64,000 bases of DNA from Pirellulales bacterium (GCA_022844125.1 JALHMI010000017.1:93687-157686); one strand, 5' to 3'. Positions 9,576 through 22,084 are shown, counted from the first letter of the stretch. The notes: generated from the sequence alone by a model not told the origin. Program-made: numbers and translations.

Positions 9576-10715
9576 TTACTGCCGCAAAACCGGCCGGAGG
9601 GCTTTCTCGAAGGCGTCGGCTTGGCGCATGAAGCCGAGGTCGGTGGGATGGGAGCTGTCGACGGTCCCTTCGTTGTCGTCGCCCAAGAGATGCTCGCCTT
9701 CGAGGTAGTACAGGTTCGCATCGCCGGCGCTCTTCTGTTCGTCGAACACTTTGCGGAGCGCCGCTCGACTCGTCAGGTTGCGCTCGCGCTTCGAGTCGAC
9801 CAGGAATGAGTCCGAATAGCTGCGGTCCTCGACTAACAGGATCGGCGTCGTGGGGTGCGCCTTGCGCAGGATGTCAACGCAGGTCTTGGTGCGCGCCGTG
9901 ACCTCATCGGCCGTGATGTTCGGCAGGCAGTCGATCACATACACGGCCGGATCGAGCTCGGCCAGCAGCGTCGCGACCTCGGGTTCCATCCGGCCGTTGC
10001 CCGAGAAACCGAGATTGATGATCGGGCGCTCGAAGCGGCGGCCGAGAATCGCGGGATGCGTCATGCCGGGGCGCGAGGCCGAGGCGCCATGCGTGATCGA
10101 CGTGCCGTAGAACACGATCGGTTTCTGCTTGTCGGCGGGACGCGGCTTGGAAGCGGCCAGGTACTTGCCCGACGGGACGTTGATCTCGAGGGAATTCACC
10201 CCGTTGTAGAGCGGCAGGTAAAGCAGGTAGTCGCGGTCCTTCTCTTCGATGCCGCTGACCAGCTCGACGGTTGTCGATTCGCCCTCGGGCGGTTTACAGG
10301 CGAGCCAGCGCCATTTTCCTGCATCGTCGCGGACGTAAAGATCGACGCCGCTTACGCCGGTGGCAGGCATGTGCGGCATCGCGAGACGATCGGAAGTGAG
10401 CGTCCAGCGGGCTTTGATCCGGCTGGCGTCGGTGCTGAACGGGACGACGATGCCCGAGGCGTGGCGGCTGAGATTCCAGACGGCGTCGCGGACCGTGGTT
10501 TCGGCCTTGGCGGGGAGGCGGTCGTAGGGACTCTTGGTGTCGGTCCAGCCCTGCCCTTCGACGTCGAGCTTGCGGGCGTCATGCCAGAAGGATCCCTCCT
10601 CTTTGTCTTCGATCGCTTCGCTGGGGCGGAGATATCGCAAGCCCTCGGGCGGATCGGCGGCGAAGGCGGGAGTTGCGAGAAGGATGCACGCGAAGGCGAA
10701 GAGTCGCAGGTTCAT
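9576..10715 (-). CDS. Secreted SGNH/GDSL-type hydrolase with an N-terminal beta-sandwich domain
   Basis: Internal ATG at 10715 gives the signal peptide MNLRLFAFACILLATPAFA. Block I FYGTSITHGASA and a C-terminal DSSHPTDLG (DxxH) are SGNH hallmarks. Confidence 0.75.
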   Translation of the reverse strand: MNLRLFAFACILLATPAFAADPPEGLRYLRPSEAIEDKEEGSFWHDARKLDVEGQGWTDTKSPYDRLPAKAETTVRDAVWNLSRHASGIVVPFSTDASRIKARWTLTSDRLAMPHMPATGVSGVDLYVRDDAGKWRWLACKPPEGESTTVELVSGIEEKDRDYLLYLPLYNGVNSLEINVPSGKYLAASKPRPADKQKPIVFYGTSITHGASASRPGMTHPAILGRRFERPIINLGFSGNGRMEPEVATLLAELDPAVYVIDCLPNITADEVTARTKTCVDILRKAHPTTPILLVEDRSYSDSFLVDSKRERNLTSRAALRKVFDEQKSAGDANLYYLEGEHLLGDDNEGTVDSSHPTDLGFMRQADAFEKALRPVLRQ

Positions 10716-10890
10716 GAGGGGCCTCTTCGAGTGGAGTGGGCGGCTACTTTTCAAATGATAGCAGAATGTTGGGTGGCTTGGTTGCGACGCTGGCTGGGAC
10801 CTTGGGTTCCACGCTTGCTGTGCAACAGTCACCCGTGCTGCTGGCGGTCGAGCGTGTCTCGTACGGCGGGGCATTTGTGAAGCGAAGCGA

Positions 10891-10999
10891 GCACAGGTGA
10901 GCCGCAACGCGGCCACCTGTGGCACCCGAGAGTTGGCGATCGGGACGCGTGACTTGAGCCCTCCTGTGCTGCGCACACCGACAACGAGTTGTCGGTGCT
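10891..10999. repeat. REP-like hairpin (GCACAGGTGAGCCGCAACGCGGCCACCTGTGGCACC) followed by copy 1 of a repeat ending in the hairpin CACCGACAACGAGTTGTCGGTG
   Basis: Read directly. The 10919-10999 part recurs at 11163-11254. The REP-like hairpin recurs at 22048-22084 (inverted) and 22151-22183. Confidence 0.65.
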
Positions 11000-11162
11000 A
11001 GCCGGCTGAGACGTTGATGATCTGTGAACTTGTTGGCCCGGGGAAGGAAGTGCCGCCCCTCCGGGGCTTCGGACGAAGAAGAGAGTTGATGAAAGGTCGA
11101 TTCGGTTTCCCGGGGGTTTCCACCCCCGGCTATTGACGTGCGCCCCTCCGGGGCTAAATGCA

Positions 11163-11254
11163 GTGGCACCCAAGCGCAACTCGGGCTCGCGGATGGGTAA
11201 CGCGTGACCTAAGCTCTCCTGTGCTTCGCACACCGACAACGAGTTGTCGGTGCT
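11163..11254. repeat. Copy 2 of the GTGGCACCC ... CTCCTGTGCTNCGCACACCGACAACGAGTTGTCGGTGCT repeat
   Basis: The 39-nt 3' part is identical to 10961-10999 apart from one base. The 5' part is looser. Confidence 0.65.
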
Positions 11255-11308
11255 TCCCGGTGGTTTTTCGGTTAGATGAGATTGGGTGGTCTGGTTGCGA
11301 CCGTGGGA

Positions 11309-11446
11309 GCCACTGCTGGCTTGCCCAGCAGTGCTCTTCACTGATCTTGCCTTGCACTTGTCGCACTCAATAAACACACCGTCAGGAAGCGGATACTGCA
11401 AGGCAAGATCAAAAAGGCAGACACTGCTGGGCAAGCCAGCAGTGGC
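11309..11446. repeat. Long nested hairpin: 25-bp perfect outer stem plus 14-bp inner stem
   Basis: GCCACTGCTGGCTTGCCCAGCAGTG (11309-11333) pairs with 11422-11446. GATCTTGCCTTGCA (11343-11356) pairs with 11397-11410. It lies just 3' of the ATPase gene stop at 11480. Confidence 0.7.
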
Positions 11447-11479
11447 ACCCAAACGAAGGGCACCCGAAGGAACTCTGAA

Positions 11480-13858
<2,379 letters not shown>

Positions 13859-14082
13859 CGGCCGCTGGCTCCGCCCGGGATGGAAGTGACCCCAAAGTTT
13901 ATCCCTGGTGGGGCGGGATGCAAAAGGCGGCGCGCGGTTTTCGGTTTGTCCCTGGAGGCATGTTGGCGCGCGGAGGGGGAAGTTCCCTTTTTTTCCCAGG
14001 CAGCCGAAAACTGGGATCGTCCCCGCCGTTCTGGCGGTTTTGTCGGGGGCGTACAATAGAGGGTAACCAGGAAAGCCGCCGT

Positions 14083-15285
14083 ATGCAGAAGTCTTCACCC
14101 ACGACCGCCAACCATCACGAGCCGGGCTGCGCGCTGGGGCCGGTCGAGGTGGCCGGGCACGAGTTCACGCTGTACAGCGAATCGCAGCCGCTGATCGACG
14201 CGATGGTGGCGGACATCCTGTCCGCGCGCTCACGGGTCTGGAAGGAGACGTACATCTACATGGACGATCCGGCCGGGCGTGCGGTGGCCGATGCGCTGTG
14301 CGACCGCGCTCGCGCGGGGCTGGACGTGCGACTGATGATCGATGGGTTTGGCGGTTTCTCGACACCGACGGCAATGCTTACGCGAATGCAGGAGGCCGGC
14401 GTTCAGGTGCACGTGTTTCACGCCTTGACGCAGGTGATTCGCAAGCCGCGTTGGCTGCGAGCCTTTAACCAGCGGAACCACCGCAAGCTGATGGTGGTGG
14501 ACGAGCAGATCGCATATTTCGGCGGGATGAACGTCGTGGATCAGAGCGGCATTCAAACGGCCGAGGATGCCAAGGCGCTGCCCAGGTCGGCGGGCTGGCG
14601 CGACGTACACGCGCGAATGGTGGGTCCGCGGACCAGCGAGATCGCGGCGATCATGGACCGGCTCTGGAGACGCGTGCATCACGAGAAGCGCGGGAAGCCG
14701 CCCCGGTGGCGCGTACCGAACTTTGCCCGGACGCCGGACGATTCGTTCTATCTCTTCGACTCGCGGCCGACGTTCGGCGATCGGCGGCCGCACCGGGTGC
14801 TGGTGCCGCTGATGCGGCAGGCGCGGCGCGAGATCACGGTGCTGATGGCGTACTTCCTGCCGATGGGACGGGTGCTGCGGGAGCTGGTCAAGGCCCGACG
14901 ACGCGGAGCGCGGGTGCGAGTGGTGGTGCCGGAGGTGAGCGACGTGCCGCTGGTGCAGTGGGCGACGCGGCATTTCTATGAATATCTGCTGCGGCGAGGG
15001 ATCCATATCTATGAGCGCCGCGACCGGATGCTGCACAGCAAGGCGCTGCTGGTGGACGACCGCTGGAGCGTGATTGGCTCGTGCAATCTGGACGCGCGGA
15101 GCCTGCGGATCAACCTGGAGTTCTTCGCGGTGATCCAGTCGAAAGCGCTGGCTGCACTCTTAAGCGAGATCTGTCGCGAGGAGATCTCGGAAAGTCACCG
15201 CGTGACAATCAAGATGGCGCGCGAGCGGAGCTGCTGGCGGCGGTGGCTGGACCGGTTGGCGTGGAATATGCGGAAGTGGCTGTAG
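14083..15285 (+). CDS. Phospholipase D family protein (cardiolipin synthase ClsB-like)
   Basis: ATG at 14083. Two HKD motifs (HRKLMVVD and HSKALLVDD). About 400 aa with no TM segment, as in ClsB-type enzymes. Confidence 0.75.
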   Translation: MQKSSPTTANHHEPGCALGPVEVAGHEFTLYSESQPLIDAMVADILSARSRVWKETYIYMDDPAGRAVADALCDRARAGLDVRLMIDGFGGFSTPTAMLTRMQEAGVQVHVFHALTQVIRKPRWLRAFNQRNHRKLMVVDEQIAYFGGMNVVDQSGIQTAEDAKALPRSAGWRDVHARMVGPRTSEIAAIMDRLWRRVHHEKRGKPPRWRVPNFARTPDDSFYLFDSRPTFGDRRPHRVLVPLMRQARREITVLMAYFLPMGRVLRELVKARRRGARVRVVVPEVSDVPLVQWATRHFYEYLLRRGIHIYERRDRMLHSKALLVDDRWSVIGSCNLDARSLRINLEFFAVIQSKALAALLSEICREEISESHRVTIKMARERSCWRRWLDRLAWNMRKWL

Positions 15286-15289
15286 GTTT

Positions 15290-15706
15290 TCAGTCGTCGC
15301 AAACGATCTCGAAGGAATCGATGACGATCTGCGGGATGCGGGTCAGGGTGCCGCTGGTGCGATCGATGAAGGCCCAGCGAGTGGCGGCTTTGGCCAGCAC
15401 GGCGCCGGCGCCCGCGCGCTCGATCCGGTAGCGGCGGGTGGAAGAAACCTTGGTCATGTCGGCCACCCAGGTGCGCACCACGAGCTGCTGGCCTTCGTAG
15501 GCGGGCTCGATGTATTTGATCTCGTGCGAGCGGACGACCCAGACTGAGCCGAGCTCGTCATAACGCTGGGCGTTCCAGCCTTGCACGGCTGAGTGCGCCA
15601 CGGCGGCATCGAGCATCCAGGCGAGATAGTTCAGGTTGTTCACGTGACCCAGCCGGTCGATGTGCTCGGGCAGGACGGTGAGCGCGTGTTCGTAGATCGC
15701 GGGCAT
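15290..15706 (-). CDS. Acyl-CoA thioesterase, hotdog fold (YbgC/4HBT-like)
   Basis: 138 aa. HIDRLGHVNNLNYLAWM is typical of the 4HBT family. Confidence 0.8.
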   Translation of the reverse strand: MPAIYEHALTVLPEHIDRLGHVNNLNYLAWMLDAAVAHSAVQGWNAQRYDELGSVWVVRSHEIKYIEPAYEGQQLVVRTWVADMTKVSSTRRYRIERAGAGAVLAKAATRWAFIDRTSGTLTRIPQIVIDSFEIVCDD

Positions 15707-15770
15707 GATGACGCTGGGGCCAGTTCAGTCCGTTGAGTTACCGAGAGCGGTGAATCGCGCGGCGCCGGTT

Positions 15771-18700
15771 TTAGGGGGCCTGCGGGCTCTCGCTGAGCAA
15801 GTAGGCTAGCAGATCGGCCAGTTCCGCGGGAGTCTTCACCAGGCCGCCAGGCATCGGCGAGGTCTCGTGCAGGCGGCGGGCTTCGATCTCGCTCTTGGCG
15901 ACTTCCTGCCGCGCGGCGGTTGGCAGCAAAAGCACGAGGCGAGCGTCGTCTTCTTCGATGGCGAGGCCTGAGAGCGACTGCCCGTCGGCAGTAATCACGG
16001 TGGTCGTGCCGAAGACGGGTGCGACTTGCTTGCTGGGCGTGAGGATCGACTCGACCAGGTGCGCCGGGGTGAAGCGCTTGACAGCTCCGGCGAGCGAGGG
16101 CGCGCCGCCCCCTTTTTGATTCTCGAGCACGGCGTGGCACTTCACGCAGCCAAGCGCGTCGGCGCCGAAGAGCTTGCGGCCGCGATCGGCATCGCCCGTG
16201 CTGGCGGCGGTGTTCCAATCGACGCTGAGGAACTCTGGCGGCACGGCGTCGCTCTGGCCGGCGCTCGTGAGACGTTCGGCCAGCGTGGCCAGGCCGAGCT
16301 TCTCGGGGAGCGCTGCGGTGACCGCTTCGACGGCCTGGATACGGATCGTCAGTGGTTTGTCGTCCGCGCCGCTCGTAGTGCGGAGCAATAGGTCGTTGCT
16401 GCCCGGCTCGAGTGAGAGGATGATTGGCGCGGCCGTGTCGACGGGGCGACCGTTGTGCCAGAGCTTGCCATTAGGCCACAGCTTGATTGGGGCAGGCGCA
16501 GCGATGCTCGCGAGCGCTGGCTGGCTGGTGCGGCTTTGCAAGCGGAAATAGGCGTAACTGGAGGCGTGCTGCTTGGCGCTAGCGGGTGAGGAAGCTTCGG
16601 CGGTCGGGGATTGTCGCCAGGTGATTTTGTCGGCGGTGTAAGTTGCGGAAAGATCGATGGGCCCCTGCTCCGGCGGATGAACGGCTTCGAGCGCGGCGGC
16701 GCCGTCGTCGAATGGCCCGGCGGTCCAGACCTGGGCGACGTCGGTAGTCGGGGCGGCGCTCAAGCGGGCGAGGAGCCGCGTGCGCCGCGTGCTGTCGATC
16801 TGCTGGTTAACGTCAGCCACGTCGAATAAGTTCAAGAAGAATGCGGCTTGCTCGTAAACGCGGTCGTCGGTATCGGTGAGAAGTTTCGTCAGCGCGGCGA
16901 AGAGAGCCTGTTGCTCGTCGGTATGCGGGACGTATTTCCAGTACTCGGCCGTGGTGAAGCTGCCCACGCGGCCGAGCGATTTCAGATCGATCTTTGCGTC
17001 GGCGTACTGGATCGTGAACTCGGCGTTGCCCGACTCATATTTGAGCGGCAGCTCGGCAGGCAGTTCGCCGACGGCGGGGGGCACGGTGAGGCGGAAGCCC
17101 GCTGCGAGAACACCTGCGAGTCGGCCTGCGGGATCGTCGCTGGCGAGAAGCGATTCGATTTGCGCGCGTGTGCCGCGCCGGGCCATCAGCAGCGTCGCGA
17201 CCTGGCGGAGATAGGTATCGCTCGCGCGTGCGGGCCCGCGGAAGAGTTCGTCGGGGAGCGGTTCATCGCGGTCGAAGAGCGCGACGACGGCTGCGTGACG
17301 GACTTGGGCGTCGTCGTCGGCGAGGGCTTTGGCAAACAGCTCATGCTTTGAGCCGAGCGTCGGGAAAGCGTGTAGCGCGCGAACGGCCGTGGCGCGAAGC
17401 GTTGCGTTTTCATGTTGAGCAAAGCGTTCGACTGCGGGCAAGGCTTTGGGATGGCCGCTGGCCGCGCTCAGCCAGATGAGGTTCACCGTCGCGGGATCAT
17501 CATGCGTTGCCTTCTCTAGTCGGGCGGTCGCTTCGCTCAACAGCTCGCCGCCGCGGCGGAGGATTTCGATATGAGCCTGCTGGCGCTGAAGCGCCGAGCC
17601 GCTGGCGAGTTCCTGCCACAGGCGCTCGGGCGGCGCCGTCGGAGCGTCGTAGCCGGCAATTTCGGCAGATGCGTTCGCCGGTTCGAGAACGACGATTTCG
17701 CTGGGATACTTGGGTGACCACTCATTGCCGGCCATGTAGGAGAGCGCCACGAACACGCGTCCACCGCGCCCGATGGTCACTCCAACCGGCCGGGCCAGTT
17801 CTTCACCCACAAGCAGCGGGTACTCCTCGCCGCGATACGTGGCGCCGTGCTGGGTGAGCCGATAGCCCGAGACGCGGCGCTGACCCCAGCGGGCCACGAG
17901 CACGCTGTCGGCATAGCGCTCGCCGAGCGCCGGTTCGTCGAGGTAAGCCTGTCCAACCGGCACTTCGCGACCCATGCCGGTGTTCACCATCTCAAGCAGA
18001 TCGCTGCGCTCGGGGGACATGCTGGCGATCCAGCCGCGCGGCCAGAAAAAGTGCGCCTGCGGCGCGACGTGCAGCAGCCGGGCAGGGGAATAGCGCTCGG
18101 CGATGCTTTCGTGATCGTTATCGTTCGAGAACAGATTCCAGCGGCGATCGAAGGCGACGCCGACAGCGCCGCGCGTGCCGCCAGCAACGACCTGGAGGCC
18201 GGTGCCATCGGGCCGGCAACGATAGTACCCGCCGACGCCGGTGTAGGCAGTCTTCTCAGCGGGGCCATAGATCGTCCAGTGCCCCCAGTGATCGGGCCGG
18301 CGAGCGAAGTCGCCGTAGTTGAGCAGCGGATCACCGGAGGAGAAATACAGATCCCCCTCGGGGCCCCAGGCCAGGCCGTGCCAGGTGACGTGCAGATCGA
18401 CGGGCGAACCCCACAGCAGCCGCTCCGGCTTGAGGCCATCGCGCTTCAGCCGTCCGCCGCTAAAGCGATAGAGCGCGGCGTTGGTCATGACGTAAAGATC
18501 TTCGCCGCGAATCTCGATGTCGGTGATCCAGGTATCAGGCGGGAAGCGGTAAAGCATTTGCCGAGCGCTGAAGCCGCCCGCTCCGTCTGGTTCGTAGACG
18601 AAGAGCGCCTCGCGACCGCCCGCGAACAGGCGACCGGTTGTGTCGGTACGCAGCGACAGAAAGGACTCGTCGGCCGAGGTATCGACCGAGCGCAGGCGAA

Positions 18701-21026
18701 GCGCGGGATCGGCCGAGCGGCGCGTGACCATCGGCGCGATGCGCGCGCCGCGCGAACCGGATGCCGCGGCGTTCTTGCGAGTGGAAGCGTCTTCGATCCG
18801 ATCGTCCGTGACACTGTCGAAGTGCCAGAGACCGAGCGTGTCGTCGAGTGCGGCGAAAGGGCCGTCGGGCAGGCTATCGATCGCTCGAAGCCCGCTGGAG
18901 ATGCGAACTTCGTCGACGAGGCCATCGCAGCCGATGTTGTGTGGTGGGTAGCCGCCGAAGTGGAGCGGCGCGGTCGGTCCGCCGGAGCGCAAGCGGGCCA
19001 GTGGCGTTTCGCTCACGAGTTTACCGTCGACGTAGAGCTTCGCATGCGTGTCATCGAACGCAGCGGCCAGGTAGTGCCACCCGCCGTCGACGACATCGAC
19101 ACCGGAGCGAATTTCGGCCGGAGCGCAGCCTGGCATGTAGAGGCTCAACTCGCCGGTGCCGGCGTAGGTATAGAGTTCCCAGTGATCGGCCGATTCTTTG
19201 CTGTTGCTGGCAACCAGGATATTGAAGCCGGCCTGGCCAGCGAGCTTCGCCCAGCATTCGACCGTGAGCGGGCGGTGATCGTAGATGGGATCGTGCACGG
19301 CCCAGGCCGCGCCGCGACGGGCGTCGAGCGCCGCGCCGAACTTGCCTTCGGCCGCGAGTTGCGGTGGATTGGGCTTCGACTCCACCGGTCGCGCTGCGAG
19401 AGTTCGCTGCTCGCGCTTCGCCGTCCAAACCGCGCCGCGGCGGATGAGCGCGGCGGCGCCGGGCGTACGAATGGACTCGGCGGCGTGACCGAGGACAGTT
19501 TGAAACACGCGACCCTGACCATAGTCGTAGACGAAGGCCAGCGGCTCGTCGCGACCGGTGACGGTGGATCGCCCCGTGGCAAGCACTTCGATCGGCGCGC
19601 TGCCCTGCTGGTTGCAGTACAGCTCGTCGATGGTTTCGAACGAGTTCAGGCCGGCGGTGATTGGATGATCCTTGATAACGTTCACGGTGAAGCGGCCATA
19701 GGCGTCGTGGCTGCTTTTGCCGGGAGCGTGATCCCAGATGCGGCGGCAGATGCTGCGATACTCGGGCCAATCGGACGGCGGCGTGTCGGGGAGCGAACTA
19801 TGGAACGCGCCGTTGGCAAAGTGGATCAGCACGAGGCCGCCCCCCTGCTCCAGATACTTTACGAAGTTGGCTTTCGCCGCGTCGCTCAAGCCCGGTCGCT
19901 GCCAGTTGCAGTAGTTGAACACCAGGACGTCGTAACCGGCGAGTTCATCCGTGGCCAAAAACTCGGGATCGGTGACGACGGTGACTTGCATCCGCTTGTC
20001 CTGCACGAGCGCTTCCTGCAGGGCGGGTGTCGTATCGCGCCAGAGATGCGCGGGATGATGGTTGCCGGTGAGGATTAAAGCGCGAATGGGTTTGTCTGCC
20101 GCTGCGACCGGTGGGTCAACCGCGGGCGCGACCGTCGTCTGCACGCCCCCCACCGGCACCTCGATGTGTGCCGTCCAGAGAATGGCGTTGAGCACCATCC
20201 GGCGAAAGTTTTCGACACCCCAGTTCTCGAAGAAGTGACCGCCGGTGAAGCCGAAGCCGCGACCGGCCAGGTGGTTGCCGTTTGGCTCGCGCTCGACGGC
20301 CCAGGCGACGACCTGCTCCGCGGCTTCGCCGGGGATCGGCGTGGCCAGGATCGGCACGAGGCGCGGATCATTTTCGCGGAAGCGAATGTTGTAGTAGTAC
20401 TCCTCGCGGAGGTCGAACGGCGTGAGTCCGCGGGAGATCGGATGCTCGGGGGACGCGGGCCGGGTGCGCGTTTCGGCGGTTTGAATCTTGGAGAACCAGG
20501 GGCGTTCGCCCTTCCCCGCTTGATAGTCGAAGTACCCACCGATCCACTCCAGGAATTCCGGCCCGCCGCGATCGTTGGGGACGAACGTGGTCCAGTGAAT
20601 GGCGACCAGTCCACAGCCGCGATCCATGTGCTGCTTGAGCTCGTTCAATCGATCGCCGACCAGCAGCGGATGATCGAGCGGGTTGCGATCGGCGCCGTCG
20701 GAGATGACGACGATCGTGTCGGCCGTGTCGAGTGCACCAGCGTCGCGCGGCCAGCCGTCGAAGTAGATGTCGACCTTCGCGGGAACGCTCGCATCGGCCA
20801 GAGCGCGCTCGAGCAACCGTGCGGTGAGTTCGTACTCGTGCGTGCCGGGGGGATGTCCGCCGGGGCCTTGATGGACGGTGCCGGCGAGAAACACGATGCG
20901 TTTGGTGGCGGGCGGTTCGGCAGCAGCGGTCGGCTCGCGGCCGCAGAGAACCATAAGCGAGACGAGCATGCAAAGCGTCGTCTTCAGCCACGAACTAAGA
21001 ATGTTTGACATGGCCGGAGGGCTCAC
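15771..21026 (-). CDS. Giant secreted multidomain protein: 2x ThuA-like, LamG, sugar-dehydrogenase-like beta-propeller, HEAT repeats, C-terminal cytochrome c
   Basis: 1751-aa ORF with a signal-like N-terminus (alternative ATG at 21011). Contains ThuA-like blocks, a LamG-like block (WHYLAAAFDDTHAKLYVDGKLV), HEAT-like repeats and the heme motif CVKCH near the C-terminus. Confidence 0.75.
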   Translation of the reverse strand: MSPPAMSNILSSWLKTTLCMLVSLMVLCGREPTAAAEPPATKRIVFLAGTVHQGPGGHPPGTHEYELTARLLERALADASVPAKVDIYFDGWPRDAGALDTADTIVVISDGADRNPLDHPLLVGDRLNELKQHMDRGCGLVAIHWTTFVPNDRGGPEFLEWIGGYFDYQAGKGERPWFSKIQTAETRTRPASPEHPISRGLTPFDLREEYYYNIRFRENDPRLVPILATPIPGEAAEQVVAWAVEREPNGNHLAGRGFGFTGGHFFENWGVENFRRMVLNAILWTAHIEVPVGGVQTTVAPAVDPPVAAADKPIRALILTGNHHPAHLWRDTTPALQEALVQDKRMQVTVVTDPEFLATDELAGYDVLVFNYCNWQRPGLSDAAKANFVKYLEQGGGLVLIHFANGAFHSSLPDTPPSDWPEYRSICRRIWDHAPGKSSHDAYGRFTVNVIKDHPITAGLNSFETIDELYCNQQGSAPIEVLATGRSTVTGRDEPLAFVYDYGQGRVFQTVLGHAAESIRTPGAAALIRRGAVWTAKREQRTLAARPVESKPNPPQLAAEGKFGAALDARRGAAWAVHDPIYDHRPLTVECWAKLAGQAGFNILVASNSKESADHWELYTYAGTGELSLYMPGCAPAEIRSGVDVVDGGWHYLAAAFDDTHAKLYVDGKLVSETPLARLRSGGPTAPLHFGGYPPHNIGCDGLVDEVRISSGLRAIDSLPDGPFAALDDTLGLWHFDSVTDDRIEDASTRKNAAASGSRGARIAPMVTRRSADPALRLRSVDTSADESFLSLRTDTTGRLFAGGREALFVYEPDGAGGFSARQMLYRFPPDTWITDIEIRGEDLYVMTNAALYRFSGGRLKRDGLKPERLLWGSPVDLHVTWHGLAWGPEGDLYFSSGDPLLNYGDFARRPDHWGHWTIYGPAEKTAYTGVGGYYRCRPDGTGLQVVAGGTRGAVGVAFDRRWNLFSNDNDHESIAERYSPARLLHVAPQAHFFWPRGWIASMSPERSDLLEMVNTGMGREVPVGQAYLDEPALGERYADSVLVARWGQRRVSGYRLTQHGATYRGEEYPLLVGEELARPVGVTIGRGGRVFVALSYMAGNEWSPKYPSEIVVLEPANASAEIAGYDAPTAPPERLWQELASGSALQRQQAHIEILRRGGELLSEATARLEKATHDDPATVNLIWLSAASGHPKALPAVERFAQHENATLRATAVRALHAFPTLGSKHELFAKALADDDAQVRHAAVVALFDRDEPLPDELFRGPARASDTYLRQVATLLMARRGTRAQIESLLASDDPAGRLAGVLAAGFRLTVPPAVGELPAELPLKYESGNAEFTIQYADAKIDLKSLGRVGSFTTAEYWKYVPHTDEQQALFAALTKLLTDTDDRVYEQAAFFLNLFDVADVNQQIDSTRRTRLLARLSAAPTTDVAQVWTAGPFDDGAAALEAVHPPEQGPIDLSATYTADKITWRQSPTAEASSPASAKQHASSYAYFRLQSRTSQPALASIAAPAPIKLWPNGKLWHNGRPVDTAAPIILSLEPGSNDLLLRTTSGADDKPLTIRIQAVEAVTAALPEKLGLATLAERLTSAGQSDAVPPEFLSVDWNTAASTGDADRGRKLFGADALGCVKCHAVLENQKGGGAPSLAGAVKRFTPAHLVESILTPSKQVAPVFGTTTVITADGQSLSGLAIEEDDARLVLLLPTAARQEVAKSEIEARRLHETSPMPGGLVKTPAELADLLAYLLSESPQAP

Positions 21027-21130
21027 TTAGATTGGCCTTGCGACAGGAGTTAGGACGCGCCAGGGAAGTTCAGAGAGGCGGCGAGTCTTCGAGAATAACG
21101 ACGGCCACTGCGCGGTGCAACCGAGGCGGC

Positions 21131-22012
21131 ATGTTCCACGAACGACAGGTGGTGGGTGCGGACGGAGCCTTGCGGCTGGCCGAGGGGCCAGCTGGCGGAG
21201 CTCCGCTGCTTTTTCTGCATGGCGTCGGCCGTTGTTGGCAGGATTTCACCAGCCTGCTCGCCGATCTTTCCAGCCGCTGGCACGTGCTGGCTGTCGATAT
21301 GCGCGGCCACGGCCGCTCGGACCGCACGCCGGGCATGTACCTGGTGCGCGACTATGTGCGCGATGTCTTGGAGCTATGCCGACAGCTTGACGAACCGCTC
21401 GTGATCTATGGTCACTCGCTGGGTGCGATGGTTGCGGGCGCGACCGCCGCCGAGCTTGGATCGCGCGTGCGAGGCGTAATTCTGGAAGATCCGCCGTATG
21501 CCCTGTTCGCGGGTGGAGCCGAGGAGTCGCCATTCCAGGCGCTGTTTACGCTGATGCGCACGGTAAGCGGTTCGCATCTGCCGGTGAGCGAACTGGCAGG
21601 ACGACTTGCCGATGCGCGGCTTCCCGCGGCCAATTCGCTGGAGGGTGTGCGGCTGGGAGACATTCGCGATGCGACGTCAATCCGCTTCAGCGCTGCAAGT
21701 TTAAAGCGTGTGGACCCAGCGGTGTGGGATCCGATTCTGGCCGGCGCGTGGCTTGAAGGACTCGACTATCAGAAGCTGCTCACGCAGATTGCGTGCCCCA
21801 CACTTGTGCTGCAGGGCAATGACGAACTGGGCGGGATGGTCAGCCTGGAAGCAGGCCGCGAGCTCGAACAGTTGATTCCCGACTGCTACCGGTTGTATTG
21901 GCCGGATACCGGCCACCTGATTCACAACTTGCTTCCCGAGCGGACGCTGCGCGTGGTGCGCGAATTTCTGGATTCGATCCTGCTGGATCCCGACGGGCTG
22001 ATCGAGACGTGA
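21131..22012 (+). CDS. Alpha/beta hydrolase
   Basis: ATG at 21131. HGVGRCW oxyanion region and nucleophile elbow GHSLGA. Confidence 0.75.
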   Translation: MFHERQVVGADGALRLAEGPAGGAPLLFLHGVGRCWQDFTSLLADLSSRWHVLAVDMRGHGRSDRTPGMYLVRDYVRDVLELCRQLDEPLVIYGHSLGAMVAGATAAELGSRVRGVILEDPPYALFAGGAEESPFQALFTLMRTVSGSHLPVSELAGRLADARLPAANSLEGVRLGDIRDATSIRFSAASLKRVDPAVWDPILAGAWLEGLDYQKLLTQIACPTLVLQGNDELGGMVSLEAGRELEQLIPDCYRLYWPDTGHLIHNLLPERTLRVVREFLDSILLDPDGLIET

Positions 22013-22047
22013 TGCTAGGCACGTAACGCTATGCGGTACACTCACGC

Positions 22048-22084
22048 CGGGTGCCACAGATGGCCGCGTGGCGGCTCACCGGTG
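22048..22084. repeat. REP-like hairpin, inverted copy of 10891-10927
   Basis: GGGTGCCACAGATGGCCGCGTGGCGGCTCACCGGTGC is the reverse complement of the 10.9-kb copy with a few mismatches. Confidence 0.6.

Noticed and set aside
10760-11460. Possible CRISPR array, because of repeated hairpin-containing units
   Set aside because: Only two copies of each unit, irregular spacing (about 244-280 nt), repeats longer than and unlike CRISPR repeats, and no cas genes in the window.
13918-14082. N-terminal extension of the PLD ORF, and the similar extensions of the ORFs starting at 14098, 10976, 21005, 51032, 52259 and 54631
   Set aside because: The extensions lack family homology, are low-complexity, and run into upstream intergenic repeats or divergent promoters. 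Internal ATG starts give proper signal peptides or family-typical N-termini.
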